From: a virus
Taxonomy: Duplodnaviria > Caudoviricetes
Direction: 5' to 3' (one strand)
Virus record (IMG/VR): IMGVR_UViG_3300028809_000012
Span: 942 to 64,941 of that record
Length of the DNA stretch: 64,000 nt
Of this stretch, positions 27,465 through 37,933 are shown in pieces; the first letter of the stretch is position 1, and each line of letters opens with the position of its first letter. The translations under genes were made by a program, and so were the position numbers. The notes beneath the pieces are model-generated. The model was not told where the DNA came from, did no database searches, and worked only from the letters and a program-made list of their open reading frames with translations.

Positions 27465-28733
27465 ATGGCAGGACGCCAGGTAATCTATGACGACGCGGGT
27501 GCGGCAAGCACCATCGCCGCCTTCCTGAAGGAGGACTACGTCGTCAACGAGATCCGCAACCTCGTCAACACGAGCACGGAGCTGCTGTCGCGGATCAAGA
27601 CCAAGCCCACCGATGTGGGCCTGAACTGGGTGGAGCCGCTGAAGACCGCCACTGCGCAGGGTCACGGAGCGCGGGCGGAGAACGGAGCCCTCCCCAACCC
27701 CGGCTTCGGCCGGTATGACCGCATCACCGGCTACGTGAAGAGCCTCTACGGCTCGTTCTACATCACCGGCCAGTCCATCGCCGCCACCAAGGGGAGCCGG
27801 GCCACCTTCAAGGCCGCGCTGTCGCAGGCGTTGGACGACACCAAGGAGGGCTACCGGCTCTCCAAGCAGCGGCAGAGCTGGGGCGATGGCAACGCCATCC
27901 TCGCCACGGTGGACGGCGCGGTGACGGCCTCCACGACGGTCCCCGTCTCCGACCCCTACGGGCTTACCTACGTGCAGGCGGACCTGGAGGGCTGGGAGAA
28001 GGTGATGTGTCTGAAGGAGAACATGGAGGTGTGGTTCGCCACGGCTGCCGTCTCCCGCACCATCACCGCCGTGGACGAAAGCGCCGGCACCATCACCGTC
28101 AACACGGCGGTCACGCTCACGGACGGCGAGGAGATCCAGCTCGGTTCTTCTTCGACCAACCGCAACGACGGGAACGAGCTGACCGGCGTCTCCGGCTTCG
28201 TCACGGACACGGGCAACTACTTCAACCTGTCGCGCACCGGCCGGGCGGTGCTCCAGTCCACGGTGGTGGACTACACCGCGGCGCCGTACAACAGCGACCC
28301 GATCCTGCTGGAGAGGGCGATGCGGGCCACCAACTCGGCGCTGTTCCGCAAGGCCACGGACCAGAGCGGGCTGGTCGCGTTCTCGAACACGAACGTGCAC
28401 GACACGCACGTCAACAACCTCGTGAGCGAGCGCCGGCAGGTGAACCCGATGGAGCTGAAGTCGGGGCAGGACGCCATCGAGTACGGCGGCAAGCCGCTGG
28501 TGAAGGACAAGGACTGCCCCCCGCAGCGCATGTACTGGCTGCGGATGGATGATGTCTTCTTCCGTCAGATGGGCACCTCCGGCTGGATCGACGACGACGG
28601 CAACATCCTGCACCGCGTCACGACCGGCGAGGGGCGCGTGCACGCCTTCACGGCCGACTGGTGCGAGCACGTGGAGATGGTGACGCGTGCGCCGGCCAAT
28701 CACGCGGTGATCGAGGGCATCACCCGTACGTAA
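27465..28733 (+). CDS. Major capsid protein
   Basis: 422 aa after scaffold with GGAG RBS; LKEDY..I.NLVN, AENGALP, WGDGNA, G.PLVKDKDCP. Confidence 0.8.
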   Translation: MAGRQVIYDDAGAASTIAAFLKEDYVVNEIRNLVNTSTELLSRIKTKPTDVGLNWVEPLKTATAQGHGARAENGALPNPGFGRYDRITGYVKSLYGSFYITGQSIAATKGSRATFKAALSQALDDTKEGYRLSKQRQSWGDGNAILATVDGAVTASTTVPVSDPYGLTYVQADLEGWEKVMCLKENMEVWFATAAVSRTITAVDESAGTITVNTAVTLTDGEEIQLGSSSTNRNDGNELTGVSGFVTDTGNYFNLSRTGRAVLQSTVVDYTAAPYNSDPILLERAMRATNSALFRKATDQSGLVAFSNTNVHDTHVNNLVSERRQVNPMELKSGQDAIEYGGKPLVKDKDCPPQRMYWLRMDDVFFRQMGTSGWIDDDGNILHRVTTGEGRVHAFTADWCEHVEMVTRAPANHAVIEGITRT

Positions 28734-28804
28734 ACAGTACCCGCAGGGCTGTCCAAGGTATTCGGATAGCCCTGCGGGATCACCTGTTACAGTTAATCAA
28801 CGTC

Positions 28805-29317
28805 ATGCTGCCGGCCAGCCTGAACATCAAAGACGTAGAGCGGGAGATCATCGGTCCGCACATCGACCATGATTTCCGCCTTGCTCCTCCGGATGGGGTA
28901 GCGCAGGCGCTTCGGAGCCACAAGCCCACGTTGCGCCTGCTGTTCAACCGGCGCGGTCGCATCATCCCGCACAAGTCGGGCAGCTACGACGCCAACGGCG
29001 AGCCCCGCCGCATCGAGTACGAACCACGCTGGGAGTTGTGGGACACCGACCGTGGCGGCCATGATTACCTTGTTATGGTGCTCCGCGACGAGGACGACAA
29101 CTACCGGGAGCCGGGGATGTGGGTCGTGGAGCGCGTCAAGCGTTTCGACCCCGCCCGCTTCCGCGGCCCGATGGAATGGTCCGCTTACGTGAACGCCTAC
29201 CAGCAGAACCGGCGGGACGTGCACGCGGCGGATTGGGACGGCTTCGTGGACTTCGCGGCCGACTACTGCTGGCGGATGGGCCATCCCATCGCCAACCCCC
29301 TGCAAATCGCATCCTGA
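28805..29317 (+). CDS. Hypothetical protein
   Basis: ORF in structural operon. Confidence 0.55.
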   Translation: MLPASLNIKDVEREIIGPHIDHDFRLAPPDGVAQALRSHKPTLRLLFNRRGRIIPHKSGSYDANGEPRRIEYEPRWELWDTDRGGHDYLVMVLRDEDDNYREPGMWVVERVKRFDPARFRGPMEWSAYVNAYQQNRRDVHAADWDGFVDFAADYCWRMGHPIANPLQIAS

Positions 29318-30075
29318 TGAGCATGAACGACGACATGACCCCAATTCGCGAGATCCGCGAGCGTCCACGCCTCACCAGCGTCACCGGCCGCTCCCGCGAC
29401 GAGCTGGCGGAAGAGCGCGCCGCTGCACGGGCGGACGTCGCTTTCACCCGCGGGCTGGCCGGGAACCCGCGCCATGCACGGATCGGTGCAGTGCCGACCG
29501 TGCAGCCATCGCCCAGCGGGCTAATCGGTCTGGCGCAGGCGCAGGAGATGGTGCAGTCCGCCGTCACGGGTGCGGTGGAGGGTGTGCATGCCTTCTACCG
29601 CGACCTGTTGGGCGAAGAGCGCTGGCGGGATGCCTACACGCGTTACCACTCGATGGGTGCGGTGTCGGTGGACCCGAACCGCGGCATCATCGGTGGGCGC
29701 CCTGCCGCCGAGCACGATACGGAGCCCTACTACCCATATCGTCCCATCGAGGAGGAGCCCTACTTCATGGAATCCAGCCTCGAAGCGGCGCACGACGCGG
29801 ACGAAGGGCGCTCCGGCTACATCAGCTCGTCGGGACGGGACGGCGAGCCGCAGCAGAGCGGCACGGCGCCGGGAGGTGAATCGGTGGAGTTGATGGAAGT
29901 GGAGGACAACGAGCCGGCGATGAGTCAGGCGGACGCTGGCACCCCGGAAGGGGCAAGCAGAGAGGAGGGTCCGCCGTTCCCGTGCGACCAGTGCGACTTT
30001 CAGGCGGGCAGCGCCCGTGGCCTGAAGGCCCACAAGACCACCAAACACCCCACTTCCACCGCTGACGAGGACTGA
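29317..30075 (+). CDS. Hypothetical protein with C-terminal C2H2 zinc finger
   Basis: FPCDQCDFQAGSARGLKAHKTTKH. Confidence 0.6.
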   Translation: MSMNDDMTPIREIRERPRLTSVTGRSRDELAEERAAARADVAFTRGLAGNPRHARIGAVPTVQPSPSGLIGLAQAQEMVQSAVTGAVEGVHAFYRDLLGEERWRDAYTRYHSMGAVSVDPNRGIIGGRPAAEHDTEPYYPYRPIEEEPYFMESSLEAAHDADEGRSGYISSSGRDGEPQQSGTAPGGESVELMEVEDNEPAMSQADAGTPEGASREEGPPFPCDQCDFQAGSARGLKAHKTTKHPTSTADED

Positions 30076-30080
30076 ACCCG

Positions 30081-30614
30081 ATGCCCAACGCTTTCGCCTA
30101 CCCGCACCCGCAGTCCCTCCCGAACGTGTTGAAGGAGGCCCACAACGAGATGCGGGCGACTTCGGTGGCGCTCCGGAACGCGCTGCTGCACCGCGTCCTC
30201 TCCGATGGTGGTGTGGGGATCGGCACCACGGCGAGCAAGGCGCGCTCCAACGCCACCATTCTCTACACCATCAACGGCGAATTCAAGTCCAAGTCCGGCA
30301 CCGACGACCTCTGGACGCTTACCGGCGCCGTGATCCCCGCCGGACAGAAGCGCACCTACCTGCTCCTGTTGGACACCTCTGGTGCCGCCACCGTGGCCGC
30401 GTCGGACACCGTGCTGGCCGCCGGGACCGTAACGCTGCCCGCGTGGCCGGCGGACAAGGCTATCGTCGGCAGCGTTACGGTGAGCAACGGGAGCGGCAGC
30501 AACTTCACGCCGGGTACTACGGCGCTGAACGCGGCCAGCATCACCACCACTTACTTCGACGGGGTTCCGGCGGCCATGCTGCCCGCGGCGCCAACTGAAG
30601 ACGTGGAGAGCTGA
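30081..30614 (+). CDS. Putative head decoration/structural protein
   Basis: Thr/Gly-rich beta protein with FTPGTTAL motif. Confidence 0.55.
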   Translation: MPNAFAYPHPQSLPNVLKEAHNEMRATSVALRNALLHRVLSDGGVGIGTTASKARSNATILYTINGEFKSKSGTDDLWTLTGAVIPAGQKRTYLLLLDTSGAATVAASDTVLAAGTVTLPAWPADKAIVGSVTVSNGSGSNFTPGTTALNAASITTTYFDGVPAAMLPAAPTEDVES

Positions 30615-30676
30615 AGCCCGAAGCCGGAGCGGGCGAAATCTCCGGCACCTATCTTTCTTTCTTCGGAGGCAGTGAG

Positions 30677-31072
30677 ATGGTACACAAGACGACCATGCCC
30701 AAGGCGGATGCGCAGCTCAACGTCTACCACGTAGACTACCGCCCGTCCGCAGACGGCCCCAGCCTCACCGCTGTGGATGCGTACCGGGTGGAGGGTTGGC
30801 GGGAAGACTACGCGTTCTTCGGCAATGCACGGGACTTGTCCGAGGCTACAGTGCTGATCCCCCGCGCGCTGGTGTTTCAGGTGCGCAAGGTGTGTAACGC
30901 GACGGAGCCGCCTGCGAAAGCGGCACGGCAGGTGGAGTATTGGGTTTCGGTAAGCAGCTTGGACCAGACCAACGGCAGCTTTGAAGGCCCGTTCCAGAGC
31001 CGCAGGGAGGCCGAGGAGTACGGCGAGAGGCAGGGTGGCTTGGGGTTGGTCTGGAACGTCGTCACAAAGTAG
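30677..31072 (+). CDS. Hypothetical protein
   Basis: GGAGG RBS. Confidence 0.5.
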   Translation: MVHKTTMPKADAQLNVYHVDYRPSADGPSLTAVDAYRVEGWREDYAFFGNARDLSEATVLIPRALVFQVRKVCNATEPPAKAARQVEYWVSVSSLDQTNGSFEGPFQSRREAEEYGERQGGLGLVWNVVTK

Positions 31073-31137
31073 GCGCACGGAGGCCCGGCGCTGTGGAGCA
31101 CAGCGCCGGGCCGCAACCCCGGATACGAGCAATAGGC

Positions 31138-31362
31138 ATGCAGAGAGAACCCGCGCTGGCGGCTGGCTTCGTGGCTGCGCTGATTGCGCTGGCGGTCGCA
31201 TACGGGATACTGGATCTGGAGCGGGCGCGGCTGTGGAAGGCGCTGGCCGTGGCCGCCCTGCCGCTGCTTCAGGCATGGTGGACGCGGCAGAAGGTGGTGC
31301 CCGTCGCCAAGGTGCACGACGCCGGGATCTCCGTGGCGGAGATAAACGCCAGGGCCGGCTGA
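31138..31362 (+). CDS. Putative holin
   Basis: REPAL start, two TM helices, RQKVVPV tail. Confidence 0.6.
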   Translation: MQREPALAAGFVAALIALAVAYGILDLERARLWKALAVAALPLLQAWWTRQKVVPVAKVHDAGISVAEINARAG

Positions 31363-31448
31363 GGTTCCCGTACCGGCGCCCGGTCAGAGCGCCGGTACGC
31401 ATTCTGTTGATTTTCCGATTCCTGACAGCAAACCAACAACAAACCCAC

Positions 31449-31751
31449 ATGAGCAACGCAGCGCAGCTTTCCGGCAACGCCCTGCACGAGATCTTGGCCC
31501 GCCGCGAGGGGCCGGTGACGCTGGCGGACGGCACGGGGCGCACGTTCGACCTGCGGGGCAACCGCGGCATCAACATCATCCCCGGATCGGGCGCCACCGT
31601 CACCTACAGCAAGGTTGACACGCTGGGCGCCAGCGAGCACGACACCGCGACCGACGCCACCAGCACGTCGGAGGTGTTCGTGGAGAAGTGGGCCTTCGTC
31701 CGCGTCTCCACGGCCAGCGGATCGGCGCGCTGCTGCGTGGTGGGGCCGTGA
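31449..31751 (+). CDS. Small structural protein
   Basis: 100-aa beta-rich ORF starting the head-tail cluster. Confidence 0.5.
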   Translation: MSNAAQLSGNALHEILARREGPVTLADGTGRTFDLRGNRGINIIPGSGATVTYSKVDTLGASEHDTATDATSTSEVFVEKWAFVRVSTASGSARCCVVGP

Positions 31752-32419
31752 CCGTAGCCGAGCTGCTGGACGAGGCGAGGGACTTCCACGCGCTGTTCAC
31801 CCGCCAGCAGGTGCCGGACGTGGCCTGCATGCGGGCGCTCTCCCGCTACGCCAGGCGGCTGGCAGAGAAGATCGTGGCGCTGGATGAAGCGTGTCTGGCG
31901 ACACAGGCCACGGTGGACAACGCCACGCTGCTGGCGGCGGTCGATGGGAGAAGCGGCATCCCCCTGCCTGCGCACCTGTTCCTGCTGCGGCCGGTGTACG
32001 TGGTGCGTACCAGCGACGGGGTACGGGTGCCGGTGGAGATCACCGACCATGCCAGTCGCAACACGGAGGGGGCGTGGAGGTTTCCGGCCGCCTCCATCGT
32101 CAACGGGAAGTTGTACCCACTGAACCTGCTGGACACGCTGGGTACGGTCTACGGTGCGAACGGGTGGGAGGAGTACGACGGGCTGGAGCTGATGATCGTG
32201 CCGCTGATGGACGACCTGACCGGCCCCACCTCCGTCGTAGCGCTCCCCGACACCTGCCGCGACGCGCTGGTGTGCAACCTCGCCCTGTTCATGGCCGGAC
32301 GCACAGCACGGACGGTGTCCGACCTACCCCTCCTCCCGCAGCAGGCCATGGACGCAGAGGCGATGGCCATCGCCACCGTGGCAGGGTCGTCCAACGCCGG
32401 AACCTGGAGAATCACATGA
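31748..32419 (+). CDS. Head-tail adaptor-like protein (paralogue 1)
   Basis: MTVAELLDEAR...LPD.CRDALV pattern. Confidence 0.55.
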   Translation: MTVAELLDEARDFHALFTRQQVPDVACMRALSRYARRLAEKIVALDEACLATQATVDNATLLAAVDGRSGIPLPAHLFLLRPVYVVRTSDGVRVPVEITDHASRNTEGAWRFPAASIVNGKLYPLNLLDTLGTVYGANGWEEYDGLELMIVPLMDDLTGPTSVVALPDTCRDALVCNLALFMAGRTARTVSDLPLLPQQAMDAEAMAIATVAGSSNAGTWRIT

Positions 32420-32733
32420 GCCGGTACACACCGCCAGACGTTTACACGGTCGTATGCATGGGGGACGGACAGGCGCTCAACGTCACCGACAGCGCGGACA
32501 GCATCGACGCGCAGATGAGCGATTGGCTGTCCTCCGCCGGGACGAGGGACTGTTTCGTGCACCTGCGCAACATCGACGGCGACGCGATCCGCGTGCTGGC
32601 CTCCAGCATCGACACCCTCATCGTCTCCACGCCGGAGGGGCGCCGCAACCAGCTCGCCTTTCGACGGGCGGCAAAGCTGGAGTCGGAGGGGATGCGCGCC
32701 GAGCTGGGCTTCGTGCCCGGAGACGACGACTGA
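32416..32733 (+). CDS. Hypothetical protein
   Basis: GGAG RBS; overlaps upstream stop. Confidence 0.5.
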   Translation: MSRYTPPDVYTVVCMGDGQALNVTDSADSIDAQMSDWLSSAGTRDCFVHLRNIDGDAIRVLASSIDTLIVSTPEGRRNQLAFRRAAKLESEGMRAELGFVPGDDD

Positions 32734-32796
32734 TGTGGGCCTTCTCCTCCGTGCTGGCCCTGTGGCTCGTCTACTACTACCGGAAGCGCTGACACC

Positions 32797-33426
32797 GTGG
32801 CCCTCGTCTCCTCGCTCATCGACGCCGCGTACAACCGCAGCCTGAAGGCCCGCCCCGCGCAATTCAACGAGGACGTGGAGCTGCTTGCCATCGTGCGCCG
32901 CTCGCTGCTGGAATGCTTCCTGATCGCCGCCGAAGAACGGCCCTCGTTCTTCGGCAAGAGCGGCACGGTGAGCTTTTCCGGGGGCGCGTGGGCCAAGCCG
33001 TCCGACGCCATCGCCGTCTACCGCATCCAGAACGCCACCGGGGACCGGGTCATCGAAGTGCCCCTGCACGACAAGACCGCCGACCTGTCACAGCCGGCGG
33101 TCTACACCATGGGCGGGAGCTTCTACAGCGCGGGCAACCCGCTTGACCCCACCTCCGGCAACCTGACGCTGTACTACGCGCGTACGCCGCGGGCGCTGAC
33201 CGCCACGACCGGCGATCCGGCCGGCACCACGGATCCGGCGCTCACATCGGATTGGGACGAGATTCACATCCTCGCCCTGTACATCCACATGATCGGCAAG
33301 GACGCCGCGAACCACCCGCCCGGTGAGGTGGAGCGCCAGACGGCGGAGCGGGCCACGTGGATGGAGAATTTCCGCACCTACGTACGCGCCAGCAGCACGT
33401 CCACCGTAGCGAGGATGGGGAATTAG
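32797..33426 (+). CDS. Head-tail adaptor-like protein (paralogue 2)
   Basis: LTLYYARTP..L motif; similar size and layout to neighbours. Confidence 0.55.
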   Translation: MALVSSLIDAAYNRSLKARPAQFNEDVELLAIVRRSLLECFLIAAEERPSFFGKSGTVSFSGGAWAKPSDAIAVYRIQNATGDRVIEVPLHDKTADLSQPAVYTMGGSFYSAGNPLDPTSGNLTLYYARTPRALTATTGDPAGTTDPALTSDWDEIHILALYIHMIGKDAANHPPGEVERQTAERATWMENFRTYVRASSTSTVARMGN

Positions 33427-33428
33427 CC

Positions 33429-34103
33429 GTGAGCTACACCGTGGAGGACGTCGCCGTTCTGGCACTGGCGCGGGCCCGCCAGTACACGAGCGAGGTTAAC
33501 GAGAACCGCGCCCTGATTTACGCACGGATCGGGGTGCGGCAGCAGGAGTTGTTCGCGCTGGCGGGGAAGATCAACCCGGACTACTTCGGCGTCTGCGCCC
33601 ATGCGCCGGTGAGCACGGGGCAGGTGAACCTGAACACCATCGCGGACCCCGTCCCCACGCCGGACCTGATCCAGCGCATCGAGATTTACGACGCGGGGAG
33701 CAGCGGCTACGCGGTGGGGGACGAGGTGTTCCCGGTCACGCTCCACGACAAGGGGTCCGCCTTCCCGCCGCGGGTGATCGTGCGTGACCGGGTGATGTAC
33801 GGGGTGGCGGACGATCTGGATGGGGTGGACGAGGTGCGCATCTACTATTCGCGCCTCCCTGCGTCCATCGGCCCCACCGACAAGGCCGTAACCGTGGAGC
33901 TGCCGGAGCCGCACCAAATGCTACTGGTCGTGGACGCGGAGCGGGACATCTACCGGCGCTCCGTCACCGATCCGGAGCCGCACATGGCCCGCGCCACGGC
34001 CGACGAAGTGCCGTTGCTGGAGGCGTTCCGCGCGCACGTTTCGTCCTACGCCGGCACCCTCCAGACCCGCTTCGGCACGCAGACTACCGCTGCGGCGCCG
34101 TAA
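33429..34103 (+). CDS. Head-tail adaptor-like protein (paralogue 3)
   Basis: TVEDV...AR, VRIYYSRLP, ELPEPHQMLLV. Confidence 0.55.
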   Translation: MSYTVEDVAVLALARARQYTSEVNENRALIYARIGVRQQELFALAGKINPDYFGVCAHAPVSTGQVNLNTIADPVPTPDLIQRIEIYDAGSSGYAVGDEVFPVTLHDKGSAFPPRVIVRDRVMYGVADDLDGVDEVRIYYSRLPASIGPTDKAVTVELPEPHQMLLVVDAERDIYRRSVTDPEPHMARATADEVPLLEAFRAHVSSYAGTLQTRFGTQTTAAAP

Positions 34104-34106
34104 GCC

Positions 34107-35171
34107 ATGCCAGTCACCGGAACCTCGCTCGCGGTCAACTTCTCCGGCTACCCGAACGGTGCGCCGGCAGGGTGGACGAGCGTCATCAACTCCGGCACCA
34201 CCGCCGGGCTGCTGGGCACGCTCACCGTAAGCTCCGGCGAGGGGCAGTTCACGGGGCTGGGCGTCAACGATCAGGGTGCAGCCACGCTGAACGACTCTGC
34301 GGGCGCCACCCTGTCCCGCGTGCTCGTCTCCTTCCGCTTCAGCATGCTTCGCCCCGGCTTCACCGAGCGGGGAGCGGGCACCTGCATGATGTTCAGCGGC
34401 AACCCGGCGGCCGCCAACGGCTTCGCCGGCTACCGCGCCACCACGAACATCGCCGTCAATACCGGCTCCGTCACCGTCTCCTATCAGGCGTATCAGGCCA
34501 ACGGCACCGTGCGCCTGAACGACTCCGCCTCGCTGGGCACGTTCACCGGCCTCACCGCGTCCACGGTGATGTGGATGGAGACGCAGGTTCTCAAAGACCC
34601 TTCCGATCTCCAGAACCGCAATCGCTTTCGCGCCCGCATGTGGAAGGACGGGGACGCGGTGCCGGCGTGGGCGGTGGACGTGCTGGTGGACGTAAACATG
34701 CTTGGGGTGACGGGGCCGAGCGGGGTGGCCAGCCGGAGCACGGTAGCACGCTACAAGACCGTCACCATCGACGGCAACTGGCCGGTCTACCCCACGCCCC
34801 CCAACATCACCGCCCCCGTGGGTCCGGAGGTGTCGCGTGGGACACAGACGCTCACGTGGACGGCGGGCGCTGATGCGGACGCGGAGATCGGGGACGTGCT
34901 CACCTACGCGGGCCAGCAGCGCATCAACGGGGGAGCGTGGACGGCGCTGTTCCCGGCGCAAGCAGGGCTCACGTACGCGTGGGATCTGTCTTCGGCAGGC
35001 GGCGGCACTGCGCAGGCCCGCGTGCGCACCATCGACGCGGACGGACTTGTATCCGATTGGGACGAGGGACCGACGTTGACGGTGGATGCGTGGGCGACTT
35101 GCGGCGATCCACCGTCAACAGCATGGAGCGGCTGCGGGACTGCGCCAGCGACCGTCTGGACAAGCTGTTAG
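34107..35171 (+). CDS. Virion protein with lectin-like and FN3/Ig-like domains
   Basis: RARMWKDG..P.W; PTPPNITAP...LTW...ARVRTID.DG.VSDW. Confidence 0.6.
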   Translation: MPVTGTSLAVNFSGYPNGAPAGWTSVINSGTTAGLLGTLTVSSGEGQFTGLGVNDQGAATLNDSAGATLSRVLVSFRFSMLRPGFTERGAGTCMMFSGNPAAANGFAGYRATTNIAVNTGSVTVSYQAYQANGTVRLNDSASLGTFTGLTASTVMWMETQVLKDPSDLQNRNRFRARMWKDGDAVPAWAVDVLVDVNMLGVTGPSGVASRSTVARYKTVTIDGNWPVYPTPPNITAPVGPEVSRGTQTLTWTAGADADAEIGDVLTYAGQQRINGGAWTALFPAQAGLTYAWDLSSAGGGTAQARVRTIDADGLVSDWDEGPTLTVDAWATCGDPPSTAWSGCGTAPATVWTSC

Positions 35172-35353
35172 GTCGCTGGCGTGATGTTCACTTCGAAGCT
35201 CGCCCCGGCCGGGTAGTCTTCCGGATCGGAGCCAATGAGGCGGACGTGCACGGTGCCGTCGTCGGATTCAAGGTGGATCGTGCTGGAGGAGGAAGTGCCC
35301 GCTTCCATGTGCATCGTGCGCTGCGTGACGTGGCGTACTTGTACGGTAGGCAT
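35168..35353 (-). CDS. Small hypothetical protein
   Basis: AAGGA RBS; MPTVQVRHV... Confidence 0.45.
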   Translation of the reverse strand: MPTVQVRHVTQRTMHMEAGTSSSSTIHLESDDGTVHVRLIGSDPEDYPAGASFEVNITPAT

Positions 35354-35439
35354 GGGCGGCGGTCCTTGGTGAAGGATGCAGGAGAACGGCGCTTCGGTAT
35401 ATTTGGACCGGAAGAGTGCGAAGTCAACCCTTACAGGGT

Positions 35440-35454
35440 TATCGACCAAAAACA
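35440..35454. promoter_or_regulatory. Motif TATCGACCAAAAACA, copy 2
   Basis: 12 nt beyond a leftward TTGACT box (35422-35427). Confidence 0.7.
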
Positions 35455-35515
35455 CACAAAGTCGCATCCTCTTGCTGTACCTCACTCCAGACAACCACAC
35501 CTGTGACCCATACCG

Positions 35516-35929
35516 ATGAGCCCAACCACACCGAGGACCGAGGGCCGCAGGCGCGTGCCGGAGGCCATGTTACCTCCGGAGGAGCGTACGCTACTCGCCG
35601 CCGAGCGTGCCGCCCGCTGGGGAAAGGTCGTGATCGGCGCGGCGTCCAGCATCGGCCTGACGATGATTTTCATCGTCTCCACCGGCGCCACGCTCCGCGA
35701 CTTTCCCCGCCAGCAGCGCGCGCTACAGGCCCGGCAGGATACGCTGGCGGTGCAGCAGCGCCAGCTTCGGGCCGCCTTCGCCGCTCATCTGGACGAGGAA
35801 AAGCAGGAGGACCGCGCACAGACCTGCGCCCTGAAGCGGATGGCGGAGGAGCGCGACCCGTCCGCCTGCTTCGAGTTCCTGCCCAATCCCACCTACTACG
35901 ACCCGCCGGGAGTGAGGGCGAGGCCATGA
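35516..35929 (+). CDS. TM plus coiled-coil protein (lysis-associated?)
   Basis: One TM helix, Q-rich coil, two Cys. Confidence 0.5.
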   Translation: MSPTTPRTEGRRRVPEAMLPPEERTLLAAERAARWGKVVIGAASSIGLTMIFIVSTGATLRDFPRQQRALQARQDTLAVQQRQLRAAFAAHLDEEKQEDRAQTCALKRMAEERDPSACFEFLPNPTYYDPPGVRARP

Positions 35930-36026
35930 AGCACCTGCGTCGCCTGTCCCGCGTCCTCGTCGCTGTGCTGCTGCGACGGAAGCCCTGCCGGGCGCAGGAA
36001 TGGCCCGACGAACACGCGTTCATCGG

Positions 36027-37550
36027 ATGAGCCGCGGCAAAAGCCGTACGGCGCTGCCGCGGCATCCCGTCACCGGGCTGGGCGATCCTGACCTGATCCT
36101 GCTGTACGAGAGCCTGTACTACCACGGCGGGCTCTCGGCGGACCCGGCGGAGCCCCGTGAAGGCGAACTATGGCTGCGCACCGATCTGGACCCGGTGGAG
36201 CTGCGGGGGTGGGTGGGTGGCGTCGCCGTAACGCTGCCGGCCGGGAGTGGGACGGCAGGGCCGGTAGCGTGGAGCGACATCACGGGGACGCCTACGACGC
36301 TGGCCGGGTACGGCATCACCGACGACGTAATCCTGGAAGGGGATACCCGGCTCACCGACGCGCGCACCCCGACGCTTCACGCCAGCACGCACGAATCCGG
36401 GGGCAGCGATCCGCTGGACATGGACAGCATCGCCGGCATGCTGGACGCGTCCAAGCTCTACGGCACCGCCACACTCGCCGGGCTCGCGGTCACGGATTCG
36501 GAAGCGTCCTTCAACGCGGGGGCGCTGGTTGCCGGGCTGCGGTCGTTCGGGTCAATGGAGTTCGTGGGCCTGTCCTTCGGGGAGGCGCCATTAGGCAACA
36601 TCCCGTCATTTTCGGGGCTGAATGTCAATTTTGACGCCGACGAGCTGGACGGGCAGCATGGGTCGTACTACTTGGACCGCGCCAACCACACCGGCACGAC
36701 GCCCCTGTCTACCTTGGAATTCGGCAGCAACAACGATGTGCTGCGCACCGTGGGGGGTGCACCGTCGTGGGGATTGATCGCGAATGCCAACGTGGATGCA
36801 GCGGCGGCAATCGCGTGGACCAAAATCAGCAAGACGGGAAGCAGTCTCGCGGACCTGACCACGCGCAGCGCTGGCGATCTGACGAGCGGCAACCTCGCCT
36901 ACGCGCGCCTGCCCGGTACCACCGCGGGGGCGTGGAACAGTTCCGGGGTGAGCCTCGGCGGCTCCTCGCAGAACCTCGGCGGCAGCGTGCGTGCGCTCAC
37001 CATCTACCGCAACAGCTCCAGCATCCCGACCCTCCAGCTTGCCTACGATTCGGACGCCATCCCCTCGGACACGCAGGTGGGGACGGTGTCGCAGTGGGCC
37101 GGCTCTGCCACCCCACGTGAGATTGCCCGTATCGGCTTCATCAACGTAGATAGCGGCGAAGACGACGGCCACATGACGTTCTGGACGATGCTGGCCGGGA
37201 CGCTGTCCGAGCAGATGCGCATCACCAACCAGGGGAACCTGTCGTTGTTCGGCACCGGCTCTTACGGGGGCGGGGTCAAGGTGGCGTTTTTGGGCAACGC
37301 GGGCACCGTGCCCACCACCAATCCGGCTTCCGGTGGCGTGCTCTACGCGCAGGGGGGCGCGGGGAAGTGGAGGGGTCCGAGCGGCACCGTAACGACCTTC
37401 GGTACCGCCGAGCCGCACTGTCCCGTATGCGACACGGACTATATGTTGGAGTGGGAGAATGCCGCCTACGGCTATCTGGCGTTCTGCATCCACTGCCTCG
37501 CCAACGAGCTGGGGCCACGTCCGTACATCCTTACCACCAAAACAGCATGA
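36027..37550 (+). CDS. Tail fibre protein
   Basis: WSDITGTPTTLAGYGITD, RLTDARTPTLHASTH, DADELDGQHGSYYL repeats typical of fibres. Confidence 0.8.
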   Translation: MSRGKSRTALPRHPVTGLGDPDLILLYESLYYHGGLSADPAEPREGELWLRTDLDPVELRGWVGGVAVTLPAGSGTAGPVAWSDITGTPTTLAGYGITDDVILEGDTRLTDARTPTLHASTHESGGSDPLDMDSIAGMLDASKLYGTATLAGLAVTDSEASFNAGALVAGLRSFGSMEFVGLSFGEAPLGNIPSFSGLNVNFDADELDGQHGSYYLDRANHTGTTPLSTLEFGSNNDVLRTVGGAPSWGLIANANVDAAAAIAWTKISKTGSSLADLTTRSAGDLTSGNLAYARLPGTTAGAWNSSGVSLGGSSQNLGGSVRALTIYRNSSSIPTLQLAYDSDAIPSDTQVGTVSQWAGSATPREIARIGFINVDSGEDDGHMTFWTMLAGTLSEQMRITNQGNLSLFGTGSYGGGVKVAFLGNAGTVPTTNPASGGVLYAQGGAGKWRGPSGTVTTFGTAEPHCPVCDTDYMLEWENAAYGYLAFCIHCLANELGPRPYILTTKTA

Positions 37551-37930
37551 GCCAGCGGTCCTTCTCCCCCGGCGGTTTTGCGTCTGGCGTCGTCATCACG
37601 TCCAGCAACGCCAAGACGTGGATCTGCGACGTGGACGTTCCCATCGGCTCGCACGCCACCCTGACGCTGATCGTGGACGGCAGGATCATGTCCAGCGGCG
37701 CCGGGGCGGGCATCCAGCGCATGGCGTCGGTATACAACCCCACCGGCACCCCCGTGGTGGACGCAGTAATTACGTTGCTGGGCGGAGTGCTGGCGCCGCT
37801 GCTGTCGCCCCTGCTCGGCGCCGTCGCCACGCTGGAGCCGAACGGCGCCGGCAAGGTGGGGCTCTACATCCAGGCCGGCACCACGCAGCAGGTGGAGTGG
37901 GCCGGCATGGTCTTCGGCGTCATCAACTGA
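37547..37930 (+). CDS. Fibre-associated protein
   Basis: Beta-rich ORF coupled to fibre gene. Confidence 0.5.
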   Translation: MSQRSFSPGGFASGVVITSSNAKTWICDVDVPIGSHATLTLIVDGRIMSSGAGAGIQRMASVYNPTGTPVVDAVITLLGGVLAPLLSPLLGAVATLEPNGAGKVGLYIQAGTTQQVEWAGMVFGVIN

Positions 37931-37933
37931 GCC

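Noticed and set aside
5203-28703. Long antisense ORFs (5203..7569, 7976..9601, 22169..24718, 26640..28703 and similar)
   Set aside because: Shadow frames of high-GC genes that have clear motifs on the opposite strand
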